Assembly (NCBI GenBank): GCA_963740315.1
Contig: CAVUDP010000002.1
Location: forward strand, 1,888,001-1,952,000
From: an uncultured cyanobacterium
Lineage (GTDB): Bacteria; Cyanobacteriota; Cyanobacteriia; Cyanobacteriales; Nostocaceae
Direction of reading: 5' to 3'
DNA length: 64,000 bases
The translations under genes and the position numbers were made by a program. Below the pieces are notes generated by a model. The model ran no database searches and had not been told where the DNA came from. It saw only the letters and a list, made by a program, of their open reading frames with translations. This document shows positions 19,256 through 29,400 of this stretch, in pieces (position 1 is the stretch's first letter; each line of letters begins with the position of its first letter).

Positions 19256-21112
19256 ATGAATCAGTTTCTATTTTCAACAACTTGGGTTTTGCCTTTGTAT
19301 GGATTCATCGGTGCGCTGTTAGCTTTGCCTTGGGCAATGGGATTAGTTAAGCGTACCGGACCAAGACCAGCAGCTTATTTAAATTTACTAACAACAGGTT
19401 TCGCTTTTTTTCATAGTTTATTAGTATTTATAGAAACTTGGGATAGCGAACCAGAAAGTTATATTCTCAACTGGTTTTCTGCGGCGGGTTTAAATTTATC
19501 TTTTGAATTAGATATATCATCAGTAGGTGTTGGTGCAACGGTAATGATAGCCGGACTTAGTTTGCTCGCACAAATTTATGCTCTAGGCTATTTAGAAAAA
19601 GATTGGGCGATCGCCAGATTTTTTGCTTTGATGGGTTTTTTTGAAGGGGCATTGAGTGCTTTAGCTATTAGCGATTCTTTGTTACTCACCTACATGGTAT
19701 TAGAAGTATTAACTCTTTCAACTTATTTATTAGTAGGATTTTGGTATGCTCAACCGTTGGTAGTTACGGCGGCGCGAGATGCATTTCTCACTAAGCGAGT
19801 AGGAGATTTATTACTGTTGATGGGTGTGGTAGCCATCGGGACTATGGCAGGTAGTTGGGATTTTTCCGACTTATATGAATGGGCGCAAACGGCACAGTTG
19901 AGTCCGTTGACATCAACTTTATTAGGTTTAGCATTAATTGCCGGACCTACTGGTAAATGCGCTCAGTTTCCTCTAAATTTGTGGTTGGATGAAGCGATGG
20001 AAGGTCCCAACCCAGCTTCAGTATTACGAAACTCCCTGGTAGTTGGGGGTGGTGCTTACGTACTTTACAAATTGGAGCCAATTTTAGCTTTATCGCCAGT
20101 AGCCTTAAATACGTTATTAGTTATCGGTACGGTAACGGCGGTAGGTGGAAGTTTAGTTTCTATAGCCCAGATAGACATCAAGCGAACTTTATCTCATTCA
20201 ACCAGTGCATACATGGGGTTAGTGTTTGTTGCAGCAGGTATGCAGCAAGGTGGTGTAGCGTTGTTATTACTGTTTACCCACGCGATCGCCAAAGCTTTAT
20301 TATTTATGAGTGCTGGTTCGGTAATTTATACTACTCATAGCCAAGATATCACCGAAATGGGCGGGTTGTGGTCGCGGATGCCCGCAACAACTACAGCTTT
20401 TATTGTCGGTTCGGCAGGTATGGTAACGCTGTTGCCGATGGGAAGCTTTTGGGCAATGCTGTCATGGGCTGATGGTTTTATCGTAACCAGCCCTTGGGTA
20501 ATTGGAATTCTGATTGCTGTAAATGGTTTGACAGCCTTAAATTTGACACGAGTATTTCGATTAGCCTTCTGGGGAGAACCGCAACAAAAAACCCGTCGAA
20601 CTCCTGAAGTGCATTGGCCGATGGCATTACCAATGGTATCGCTAACTGTAATTACTTTGTTGGTACCCGTAATGCTTCAGCAATGGTACCTGTTACCTAC
20701 TTGGAACAGTATCAATTGGTATGTATTAGCAGCATTGGTATCTTCAACCTTACTGGGAGTAATTATTGGTTCCACAATTTATCTGCATAAAGCTTGGTCT
20801 AGATCCAGAGTATTAGCGTGGAGATTCATCCAAGACTTATTAGGATACGACTTTTATATAGACCGTCTTTATCGAGTAACGGTAGTCGGTGCTGTAGGGT
20901 GGCTATCAAAAATTTCTGCCTGGAGCGATCGCTTTTTAGTAGATGGATTCGTAAATCTAGTAGGTTTTGCCGCAATTTTCAGCGGACAAAGCTTAAAATA
21001 CAGTATTTCCGGACGTTCCCAAGGTTACTTGCTAACTATCGTCTTTGGAGTCAGTTTAATCGGCTTATTTATTAGTTGGTCATTGGGATTACTTGATAGT
21101 TTACCGTTTTAG
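19256..21112 (+). CDS. ndhF4: NDH-1 subunit NdhF4 (low-affinity CO2 uptake)
   Basis: RTGPRPAAY, AQFPLNLWLDEAMEGPNPAS motifs; in an operon with ndhD and cupB, divergent from ccmK. Confidence 0.92.
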   Translation: MNQFLFSTTWVLPLYGFIGALLALPWAMGLVKRTGPRPAAYLNLLTTGFAFFHSLLVFIETWDSEPESYILNWFSAAGLNLSFELDISSVGVGATVMIAGLSLLAQIYALGYLEKDWAIARFFALMGFFEGALSALAISDSLLLTYMVLEVLTLSTYLLVGFWYAQPLVVTAARDAFLTKRVGDLLLLMGVVAIGTMAGSWDFSDLYEWAQTAQLSPLTSTLLGLALIAGPTGKCAQFPLNLWLDEAMEGPNPASVLRNSLVVGGGAYVLYKLEPILALSPVALNTLLVIGTVTAVGGSLVSIAQIDIKRTLSHSTSAYMGLVFVAAGMQQGGVALLLLFTHAIAKALLFMSAGSVIYTTHSQDITEMGGLWSRMPATTTAFIVGSAGMVTLLPMGSFWAMLSWADGFIVTSPWVIGILIAVNGLTALNLTRVFRLAFWGEPQQKTRRTPEVHWPMALPMVSLTVITLLVPVMLQQWYLLPTWNSINWYVLAALVSSTLLGVIIGSTIYLHKAWSRSRVLAWRFIQDLLGYDFYIDRLYRVTVVGAVGWLSKISAWSDRFLVDGFVNLVGFAAIFSGQSLKYSISGRSQGYLLTIVFGVSLIGLFISWSLGLLDSLPF

Positions 21113-21297
21113 GAAGGTCAAAGGTTAAAGGTCAAAGGTTAAAGGTTAAGAGTTAGGACCACCGGAGTTAGGAGTTAAGAATTTATATTTAAAAATTCTC
21201 CCCATCCCCCCATCTCCTTGTCCCCCCATCCCCCTCTTCCCCCTCTCCCCCTCTCCCCATCCCCCCATCTCCCCATCCCCCCATCCCTCAATTCCCC
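21113..21297. repeat. Composite STRR spacer (AAAGGTT units, 66-bp core, CCCCATC units)
   Basis: Core 21138-21203 is the reverse complement of 15317-15382 with one mismatch. Confidence 0.85.
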
Positions 21298-22788
21298 ATG
21301 CTCAGTATTTTAATTTTGCTACCGCTCTTAGGTGCAGCTTTGATTGGGTTTTCCCCTGTTGCTATAACGCCAAAAGTTTCTCGCGGAGTCGCTTTAACTG
21401 TAGCTGCGATTTGTTTGTTGTGGACTTTAGTTCTTGCTAGTCAATTTAACATGCAGGAAGTTAATCAACAGTTTACGGAATTCATCCCTTGGATAGATGC
21501 GTTAGGTTTCAATTATCAGATTGGTATTGATGGTTTATCTTTACCTCTGTTGATATTAAATTCATTGTTAACTTTGATAGCTGTTTATAGCAGTGACAGA
21601 GGCATATCGCGCGATCGATTGTATTATTCTCTGTTACTGCTGTTAAACGTAGGGGTTACGGGAGCGTTTTTATCGCAAGATTTGCTGCTATTTTTCCTGT
21701 TTTACGAATTGGAATTAATTCCCCTGTATTTGCTGATTGCTATATGGGGTGGTGAACGTCGGGGTTATGCCGCGACGAAGTTTTTGATTTATACTGCTGT
21801 TTCCGGAATTCTGGTTTTAGCAAGTTTCCTTGGCTTGGTTTGGCTAAGCGGTGCCTCTAGTTTTGGATTGGATAGCATACAGACAAGCTCCATACCATTA
21901 GCCACACAAATCTTGCTGCTAGTAGGGATTTTAATTGGTTTTGGCATCAAAATCCCCTTGGTTCCCTTGCATACCTGGCTACCAGATGCTCACGTCGAAG
22001 CTTCCACACCAATTTCCGTATTGCTGGCTGGCGTACTCCTCAAACTCGGAACTTACGGCATACTCCGCTTTGGAATGTACCTCTTACCAGACGCTTGGAC
22101 ATACTTAAGTCCTTGGCTGGCAACTTGGGCAGTAGTTAGCGTGCTTTACGGCGCATCTTGTGCGATCGCGCAAACAGACATGAAAAAAATGGTGGCTTAC
22201 AGTTCCGTGGCACACATGGGCTACATACTTTTAGGTGCTGCGGCTGCGACACCTTTAAGCATATTAGGTACCGTAATGCAAATGCTTAGTCATGGTTTAA
22301 TTTCAGCGCTGCTATTTTTACTAGTGGGAATTGTCTATAAAAAAGCAGGCAGCCGCGATTTAAATGTTGTCCAAGGATTGCTAAACCCAGAAAAAGGCTT
22401 ACCTTTAATTGGAAGCTTGATGGTTTTAGGAGTAATGGCAAGTGCGGGTATACCGGGAATGGTTGGATTTATTTCGGAATTTGTGGTATTTCGTGCCTGT
22501 TTTGCAGTTTTTCCGATACAAACCTTATTGTGCATGATTGGAACCGGGTTAACTGCTGTTTACTTATTGATTCTGATGAGTAAAGCCTTTTTCGGACGCT
22601 TATCCGAACAAGTAACTAATTTGCCCCAAGTCTACTGGTCGGATAGGATACCAGCGATCGTTTTAGCAGTGTTAATAGTAATTTTTGGCATCCAGCCCAA
22701 TTGGATCGCACGTTTGACGGAACCAACCACAAACGCAATGATAATTAATATGCAAAATCCGATTGTAAACGTGTCTTTTAATAATTAG
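21298..22788 (+). CDS. ndhD4: NDH-1 subunit NdhD4
   Basis: NuoM/NdhD motifs FYELELIPLY and PLHTWLPDAHVEASTP; gene context. Confidence 0.92.
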   Translation: MLSILILLPLLGAALIGFSPVAITPKVSRGVALTVAAICLLWTLVLASQFNMQEVNQQFTEFIPWIDALGFNYQIGIDGLSLPLLILNSLLTLIAVYSSDRGISRDRLYYSLLLLLNVGVTGAFLSQDLLLFFLFYELELIPLYLLIAIWGGERRGYAATKFLIYTAVSGILVLASFLGLVWLSGASSFGLDSIQTSSIPLATQILLLVGILIGFGIKIPLVPLHTWLPDAHVEASTPISVLLAGVLLKLGTYGILRFGMYLLPDAWTYLSPWLATWAVVSVLYGASCAIAQTDMKKMVAYSSVAHMGYILLGAAAATPLSILGTVMQMLSHGLISALLFLLVGIVYKKAGSRDLNVVQGLLNPEKGLPLIGSLMVLGVMASAGIPGMVGFISEFVVFRACFAVFPIQTLLCMIGTGLTAVYLLILMSKAFFGRLSEQVTNLPQVYWSDRIPAIVLAVLIVIFGIQPNWIARLTEPTTNAMIINMQNPIVNVSFNN

Positions 22789-22870
22789 TGGTTAGTTGTT
22801 AGTTGTTAGTTGTTAGTTATGAATTAGCAATTACCAATTAGCAATTACCAATTAGCAATTACCAATTATC
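22785..22870. repeat. STRR arrays (GTTAGTT)n and (AATTAGCAATTACC)n
   Basis: Tandem 7-nt and 14-nt units in the ndhD4-cupB spacer. Confidence 0.8.
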
Positions 22871-22891
22871 AATATTTTAGGAGAAATCTTT

Positions 22892-24070
22892 ATGGTGGGA
22901 ACTACTACTAAAAAAAATACACTTATTAAGCATCCTTTAGCAGAATATATCGAAGGTTTATTAAATGGTGATGCATTACTTCTTGATACTCCAGAAAATT
23001 TAATTGAAGTAGTCGGGGTTCTTCACAGTTACGGTATTGTGTTGGATGCTTATTCAAATAATCTAATATACTTTGCCGAAAATCAATTTTTAGTATTCTT
23101 CCCGTTTTTCAAGTATTTTAACGGCGAAATAAACTTTAAAAAACTATTGCGTCACTGGCAACACGACAGAATTAATTACGAATACGCCGAATACTGCATG
23201 AAATCAATGATGTGGCACGGTGGTGGTGGATTAGATAAATACGTTGATTCAAAAGAATTTAAACGTTTAGCGCAAGCAGTTATCAACGCAAAGTTTAAAA
23301 ATAACCCAATAGTTTTGGGCGTAAACGAACTGTTTCCCGACTTTTTAAGCGAACAGTTACGAGTTTGCTCTTATTACAGCGGTTTGGGACAATTTTGGCG
23401 CGTCATGTCTGATGCATTCATGAGTTTATCAGACCTCTACGACAAAGGTGAAATTACATCAATTTCTCAAGTTGTAGATCATATAAAAGCGGGTTTGGTA
23501 GCAAACGCGAGTAATCCGATTACCTATAGCGTGAAAATTCGGGATAAAGTTTATGACATAATTCCCCAAAAAGCTGGTTTAACCTTTTTGATGGATACAG
23601 CCGTTCCTTATGTAGAAGCAATTTTTTTCCGAGGAACGCCTTTTCACGGTACAGTTTCCTACAACGCTCAAGCGTATCAAATTCCCCCCGATCAAGCAAG
23701 ATTTCAGTACGGCGCACTGTATGCCGATCCCTTACCAATCGGCGGTGCGGGAATTCCTCCGACATTATTAATGCAGGATATGCGTCACTATTTACCCGAA
23801 TATTTACACGAAATATATCGCCAAACTCGTCGCGGCGAAGACGACTTGCTAGTGCAAATTTGTAAAAGCTTTCAAAAATCTATGTACTGCGTGACTACAT
23901 CTACAATTTTAGGATTAATGCCTTATCCCGCAGATACTAGCGAACCTGACGAGCAAGAAGCCAATCAAGTGTACTTGAAAAGCTGGATGGATAGATTAAT
24001 AAATTCGCAATTGCAAGCAGCAAACGCACAGCCTATAGCTTGTGAAGTTGCTTTACCAAAATGGATGTAG
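22892..24070 (+). CDS. cupB: CO2 hydration protein CupB (ChpX)
   Basis: DRINYEYAEYCM, YYSGLGQFWRVM and GGAGIPPTLLMQDMRHYLP motifs; length and context fit CupB rather than CupA. Confidence 0.92.
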   Translation: MVGTTTKKNTLIKHPLAEYIEGLLNGDALLLDTPENLIEVVGVLHSYGIVLDAYSNNLIYFAENQFLVFFPFFKYFNGEINFKKLLRHWQHDRINYEYAEYCMKSMMWHGGGGLDKYVDSKEFKRLAQAVINAKFKNNPIVLGVNELFPDFLSEQLRVCSYYSGLGQFWRVMSDAFMSLSDLYDKGEITSISQVVDHIKAGLVANASNPITYSVKIRDKVYDIIPQKAGLTFLMDTAVPYVEAIFFRGTPFHGTVSYNAQAYQIPPDQARFQYGALYADPLPIGGAGIPPTLLMQDMRHYLPEYLHEIYRQTRRGEDDLLVQICKSFQKSMYCVTTSTILGLMPYPADTSEPDEQEANQVYLKSWMDRLINSQLQAANAQPIACEVALPKWM

Positions 24071-24122
24071 AGAAGGTTAAAGGTTAAAAATAAAAAAGCT
24101 TTTGTTTGTAGATATATTTATT

Positions 24123-24151
24123 TGATGGGCATTTAGCCTGTCATTTTTTTT
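24123..24151 (+). terminator. Probable intrinsic terminator after cupB
   Basis: TGATGGGC-ATTTA-GCCTGTCA hairpin (G-U pairs) followed by a T run. Confidence 0.6.
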
Positions 24152-24168
24152 GATGGTGATTTAAATTC

Positions 24169-25126
24169 ATGACCGAAACAAATACGAATTACGATAGCCC
24201 TTGGAAGGAAATTATTGAAGAATATTTTCCGCAGTTTCTCGAATTCTTCTTTTATGAAGCTTATAGCGAAATAGATTGGGAACGTCCCTATGAATTTTTA
24301 GATTCCGAATTACAACAGTTAGAACCAGACGCGGAAGTTGGCAAGCGATTAGTAGATAAAGTGGCGAAAGTTTGGCTGCTGAATGGTGAAGAAGCTTGGG
24401 TATTAATTCATGTGGAAGTGCAAGGACAATATGACAGAAAATTCCCCGAACGAATGTACATTTATAATTATCGTTTGTTTGACCGACATAAAAAGCGAGT
24501 TATAAGTTTAGCAGTTTTAGCAGACAACGATATAAATTGGCGACCTGAAAGTTACAGCTATCAACTAGGCGGATGTCGGGTGAGTTTGGAATTTCCTACA
24601 GTAAAATTGTTAGACTATGAAGCACAATGGCAAACCTTAGAAGAAACGGAAAATCCCTTTGGGTTAGTTGTAATGGCGCATTTGAAAACCAAAGCAACCA
24701 GCCAAAATCCGGAAAGTCGAATGAGCGTGGAAGTTAAGACTTGTTAGAAGTCTTTTCACAAAGGGATATAGCCGAGAAGAAATTATTCGATTATTCCGGT
24801 TTATCGACTGGATAATGTTTCTACCCAAAGAATTAGCAACTAGTTTTAAAGTCGAACTCAGAAATGATGAGGAGGCAAATAGAATGCGTTATGTAACTAG
24901 TATTGAAAGATTAGCAAAGGAAGAAGGAGTTGAGCAAGGAATTCTTCAAAATGCACGAGAAAATGTGATTGAAACTTTATCAACTCGATTTGAAGAAGTG
25001 CCAACACAAGTTGCTGAAGCTATTAATCAAATAGAAGATGTTGCCTTTTTAAAAAGTTTGCTTAGAAGGGCAATTCTTGTTAATTCAATCGCAGAATTTG
25101 AGGAAGATTTAGCCGAAAGCGATTAA
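24169..25126 (+). pseudogene. Rpn-family PD-(D/E)xK nuclease ('putative transposase'), frameshifted near 24721-24727
   Basis: YDSPWK, LVDKVAKV, LIHVEVQGQ and FPERMYIYNYR motifs. The expected continuation WKLRLVRSLFTKGYSREEIIRLFRFIDWIMFLP lies in the +1 frame and joins ORF 24815-25126. Confidence 0.85.
24884..25126 (+). CDS. Putative internally initiated small C-terminal Rpn protein, copy 1 (80 aa)
   Basis: GAGGAGG at 24869-24875, 8 nt before ATG of MRYVTSIERLAKEEG. Confidence 0.65.
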   Translation: MRYVTSIERLAKEEGVEQGILQNARENVIETLSTRFEEVPTQVAEAINQIEDVAFLKSLLRRAILVNSIAEFEEDLAESD

Positions 25127-25193
25127 TAGCAACTACAGAAAATTAGCAACTAGTTTTAAAGTCGAACTCAGAAATGATGAGGAGGCAAATAGA

Positions 25194-25424
25194 ATGCGTT
25201 ATGTAACAAGTATTGAAAGATTAGCGAAGGAAGAAGGAATTATTCAAACTCTTCGAGAAAATGTGATTGAAAATTTATCGACTCGATTTGAAGAAGTACC
25301 AACACAAGTTGCTGAAGCTATTAATCAAATAGAAGATGTTACCGTGTTGAAAAGTTTGCTTAGAAGGTCAATTCTTGTTAGTTCGATCGCAGAATTTGAG
25401 GAAGATTTAGCCGAAAGCGATTAA
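25194..25424 (+). CDS. Stand-alone duplicate of the Rpn C-terminal small protein, copy 2 (76 aa)
   Basis: Tandem duplication with a 310-nt offset, identical RBS region, 12-nt in-frame deletion and several substitutions. Confidence 0.75.
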   Translation: MRYVTSIERLAKEEGIIQTLRENVIENLSTRFEEVPTQVAEAINQIEDVTVLKSLLRRSILVSSIAEFEEDLAESD

Positions 25425-25526
25425 TAACAACTACGGAAAAATATAGAATCCTTTGGCTTAGCTCTTAATTGACTAAGCCATTAAATTTGAAAAATGTATT
25501 ATTCATGTTAAAGGAAATAATTAACA

Positions 25527-26390
25527 GTGCATCCCAAACGCTACAATAATCTCCGCGACATCGAACAACTCGATCCTGTAACCCATCATTGTCAGATTTA
25601 TCATGTGATGACGGGTTATGAGTTTCCTTGGGATACGGTGCGATCGTTGGAAGTTGCTTTGATGCGAACTTTCTGCCTTCCTAGTGTTTCTAAATTGCTG
25701 GATAAAACTGGTGAATTTAACAAACGTCCACAAAAACGCTATGACGATACATCAATTATTGTTGTGGAGATTAGTAAGTGGGGTTACGATCATAGTCGCG
25801 GTAAACAAGCAATTGAACGGATGAATGCGATTCATTCTCGGTTTAAAATTGCTAACGAAGATTTTCTCTACGTGCTTTCAACTTTTATATATGAACCCAT
25901 TCGCTGGAATGCTCGTTTTGGTTGGCGGCAAATGTGCGAAAATGAAAAGTTAGCATCTTTTTATTTTTGGCGGGAAGTAGGAATTAGGATGCATATTCAA
26001 GATATTCCCGAAACCTATGCAGAATTTGAACGTCATAACATCGATTACGAAGAAAAAAATTTCCGTTTTTCAGAAACTAATCGTCGAGTGGGTGAAGCTA
26101 CGCAAAACTTATTTTTAAGCTGGTTCCCTGGGTGGATGCATTCTGCTTTAAAACCTGTAACATTGGCTTTACTTGATGATGGGATGCTTGATGCTTTTGG
26201 ATTTGAACATCCTTCTGGGTTCTTGCGAAATGCAGTTGCAAATAGTTTAAAAATAAAGGCTTTAGCATTACGTTTGTTTCCTCCTCGATTGTCTTCGGAT
26301 TTTTATATTGATTCTCCGATTCGCAGTTATCCAGATGGTTATAAAATCGAAAATGTGGGACAGTTGGTAAAAGAAGAAAGGGCAGAATAA
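25527..26390 (+). CDS. DUF2236 / MpaB-like oxygenase-family protein
   Basis: YEFPWD, PQKRYDDT, MNAIH, NEDFLYVLSTF motifs. Confidence 0.85.
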   Translation: MHPKRYNNLRDIEQLDPVTHHCQIYHVMTGYEFPWDTVRSLEVALMRTFCLPSVSKLLDKTGEFNKRPQKRYDDTSIIVVEISKWGYDHSRGKQAIERMNAIHSRFKIANEDFLYVLSTFIYEPIRWNARFGWRQMCENEKLASFYFWREVGIRMHIQDIPETYAEFERHNIDYEEKNFRFSETNRRVGEATQNLFLSWFPGWMHSALKPVTLALLDDGMLDAFGFEHPSGFLRNAVANSLKIKALALRLFPPRLSSDFYIDSPIRSYPDGYKIENVGQLVKEERAE

Positions 26391-26448
26391 ATAACTTTTA
26401 CTGTCACTAACTCCTAACTCCTAACTCTTAAATCCTAACTCTTAAATC

Positions 26449-29400
26449 CTAACTCCTAACTAATTCAACCGCCATATCAACAACTGCATTCGCATCGATG
26501 GGTTTAGATATGTGTTGTTGGAAACCTGCGGAAATTGCTTGTTGCTGATTCACTTCCCCAGCGTAAGCGGTTACAGCAATAGCTGGAATTGATTTACTTT
26601 TCTCGGATGCTCGAATGATTTTTATCAATTCATAACCATCCATTTCGGGCATTCCGATATCGCTAATTAATAAGTCTGGTGTCGATTTGGCAATGCTTTC
26701 AAGTGCTTCTGATGCCGATGCTGCTGTTGTAACTGTTGCACCTTCTTGTTCCAATAAAAAGGCGATTAAGTCACAAGAATCTGGTTCGTCATCTACGACT
26801 AAGATATTTATACCGTTTAAATTAGATGATGTCCGATCTGTTTCTGGTAATATTTTGGTACTATTTACAACTAAAGTACTTGGTATTTCTACTGTAAAAA
26901 TGGCACCTTGTCCTTCTCCGGCGCTGTCTGCGGTTACGGTTCCCCCGTGTAGTTCGACGAGTTGACGGACGATCGCCAATCCCAAACCTAAGCCGCCAAA
27001 TTTACGGGTAGTGGCGCTGTCTTCTTGGCGGAAATGCTCGAAAAGATAGGGGAGAAATTCTTTTTTTATTCCTTTTCCAGTGTCTTTTATCTGGATTTGG
27101 GCGCAGTTTTCAACTTGAGTTAATGTAATCCAGATGTGTCCGCCTTTGGGGGTAAATTTAACTGCATTGGATAAGATATTCCATACTACCTGCTGCAATC
27201 GCCCTTCATCGCCGTTGACTATTCCGATTGATGATGCTTTTGCGGTATGGATGTGAATGGATTTGGCTTCTGCGGCTAAACGAACTGTTTCTAAAGCGGA
27301 TTGGATGACGGTTGCGAGATTTACGGGGGCTTCATTTAAGCTGAGTTTACCCCGGAGAATTCGGGAAATATCGAGCAAATCGTCTATTAGTTGCGTTTGT
27401 AGTTTGGCGTTGCGTTCGATGGTTTCGAGGGCTATTTCTGTTTTCTTAGCGTTAAGATTACCTTTTTGTAATATTTTTGACCAGCCCAAAATCGGATTTA
27501 AAGGAGTGCGTAATTCGTGGGAAAGTACCGCCAAAAATTCATCTTTGATGCGGTTGGCTTGTTCTGCGGCTTCGCGGGCTGCTTGTTCGCGTTGCAGAAT
27601 TCTTTCTCGTTCTTGCTGCATAGCTACCCGTTCTCGAATATCGCGGGTGACGGTGGCAAATGCTACGATTTCGTTAGTTTGCAAATCCCTAATTGCAAAG
27701 GCACTGTAATCAACGGGAATTGCTTCCCCGGTTTGGAAATGACGAAAGTTAATCTCACCACGCCATAATCCTTGGCGTATCATGGTTTCTATAATCACAT
27801 CCCGCACGTAGGCTTTGTCTTCTGGGAAGAAATAATCAAGAATTTCCGTTTCGAGTGCTGCTTCCAGGTTTTCAAGTCCCATAAGACGGCAACCAGCCGG
27901 ATTTACGTACACACCTTTACCCTCTGGTGTTGCTATCCCAATAAAATCTGTACTGTTGTCAACCAAAGCAGCGAGTTGCTGTAGTTGGATTTCGGCTTGC
28001 TTGCGTTCGGTAACATCACGAGCTATTGAGTAAAGAACCTGCTGTTCGGGGAAAGCAGAAACATTCCATGAAAGCCAGCGGTAGGAACCATCTTTATTGC
28101 GGTAGCGGTTTTCAAATCCGATGGTGTTAATTCCTCGTGCCAGTTTTTCGGCTTCTGCTAAAGTTAGGCTTCTATCGTCGGGATGGATAAATTCAAGATA
28201 GGGCTTTGTTGTCAGTTCTGTGGGAGTCAAACCTAACGTTCTTTCCCAAGCCGGATTTACCTGAGTGAAGTAACCTTCTAAATTACAAATCGCCAGCATA
28301 TCTCCAGACAAGTTGAAAAATCTATCTCGTTCTTGGGTAACTTGTTTGAGTTGGGTTAAGTCGAGTACAAAGGTGATAATTTCTTGATTTTCGTTAAAAG
28401 GTTCGTTGAGTAAAGCCGCTCCAATTAAAATCGGAATTCGCCGCCCATCTTTATGACGATATTCTTTCTCGTAAGGCGTGCAAACTCCTTTTGCAATTAC
28501 TTCTTGAATTGCTTTATCATCCAACGGTGCAAATTCTGGCGGAGTCAATTCGTCCCAACGTACTTTATCAGATTGCATTTCTGCCGATGTATAGCCGATG
28601 ATGTTTAATAAATAGTCGTTGGCGTAATGCAAACCACCAAAGCGATCGCAAATAACAACCCCGAACATATTCGACTCTACCAACCGCCGCAACCGTCGCT
28701 CGCTTTGTCGCAGTTGTTCGTCTGCTCGCTTGCGTTCGGTAATATCCATTATCATCCCCACCATTTTTAGGGGATTTCCCAACCGATCGGAAATGCATCT
28801 TGCCCGAATCAAAACCCAGTGAATGCTGTTATCATCCCAAATATTGCGGTATTCCACATCGCAATCAGTATCGTTGGCGATCGCCTGCTGTAATGATTCC
28901 TGCACCCGAACTTTATCTTCCGGGTGTATTTGCTCAAATAGTATTTCATAAGTGAAATCGGCATCAGGAGATAAACCGAAGTTTGCTTTGCACTGCTCGG
29001 AGGTAATAAGTTGATTGCTTCTCAAGTCGAGTTGACAATTACCAAGTTTAGCCGTTTTTAATGCTAACTTAAGCTGTTCTTGACTTTCGCGCAATGCTAA
29101 CTCTGCTTGTTTTTGTTCGGTGATATCCTCGCTAACACCCGCCAATCGGTAAGGCTGCCCGTTCTCATCGTTGACGACAAAACCGCGATCGCGCACCCAG
29201 CGAATCGAACCATCGGGACGAATAATCCGATATTCTTCTTCTTGAGAACCGTTTTTAATACATCGCTCCCAAATGTCTTGCAATTGATGTCTGTCTTCGG
29301 GGTGAACCGTTTCCACCCAATTGCTCAAATCAACGTACACTGATTCGCACGAACGTCCCCAAATTTTTTCGTAAGCTGGTGAAATATAAAGATGCTGTTG

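Noticed and set aside
24169..25424. Interpretation as an IS transposase
   Set aside because: No terminal inverted repeats or target duplication were seen, and the Rpn family label 'putative transposase' lacks support for transposition.
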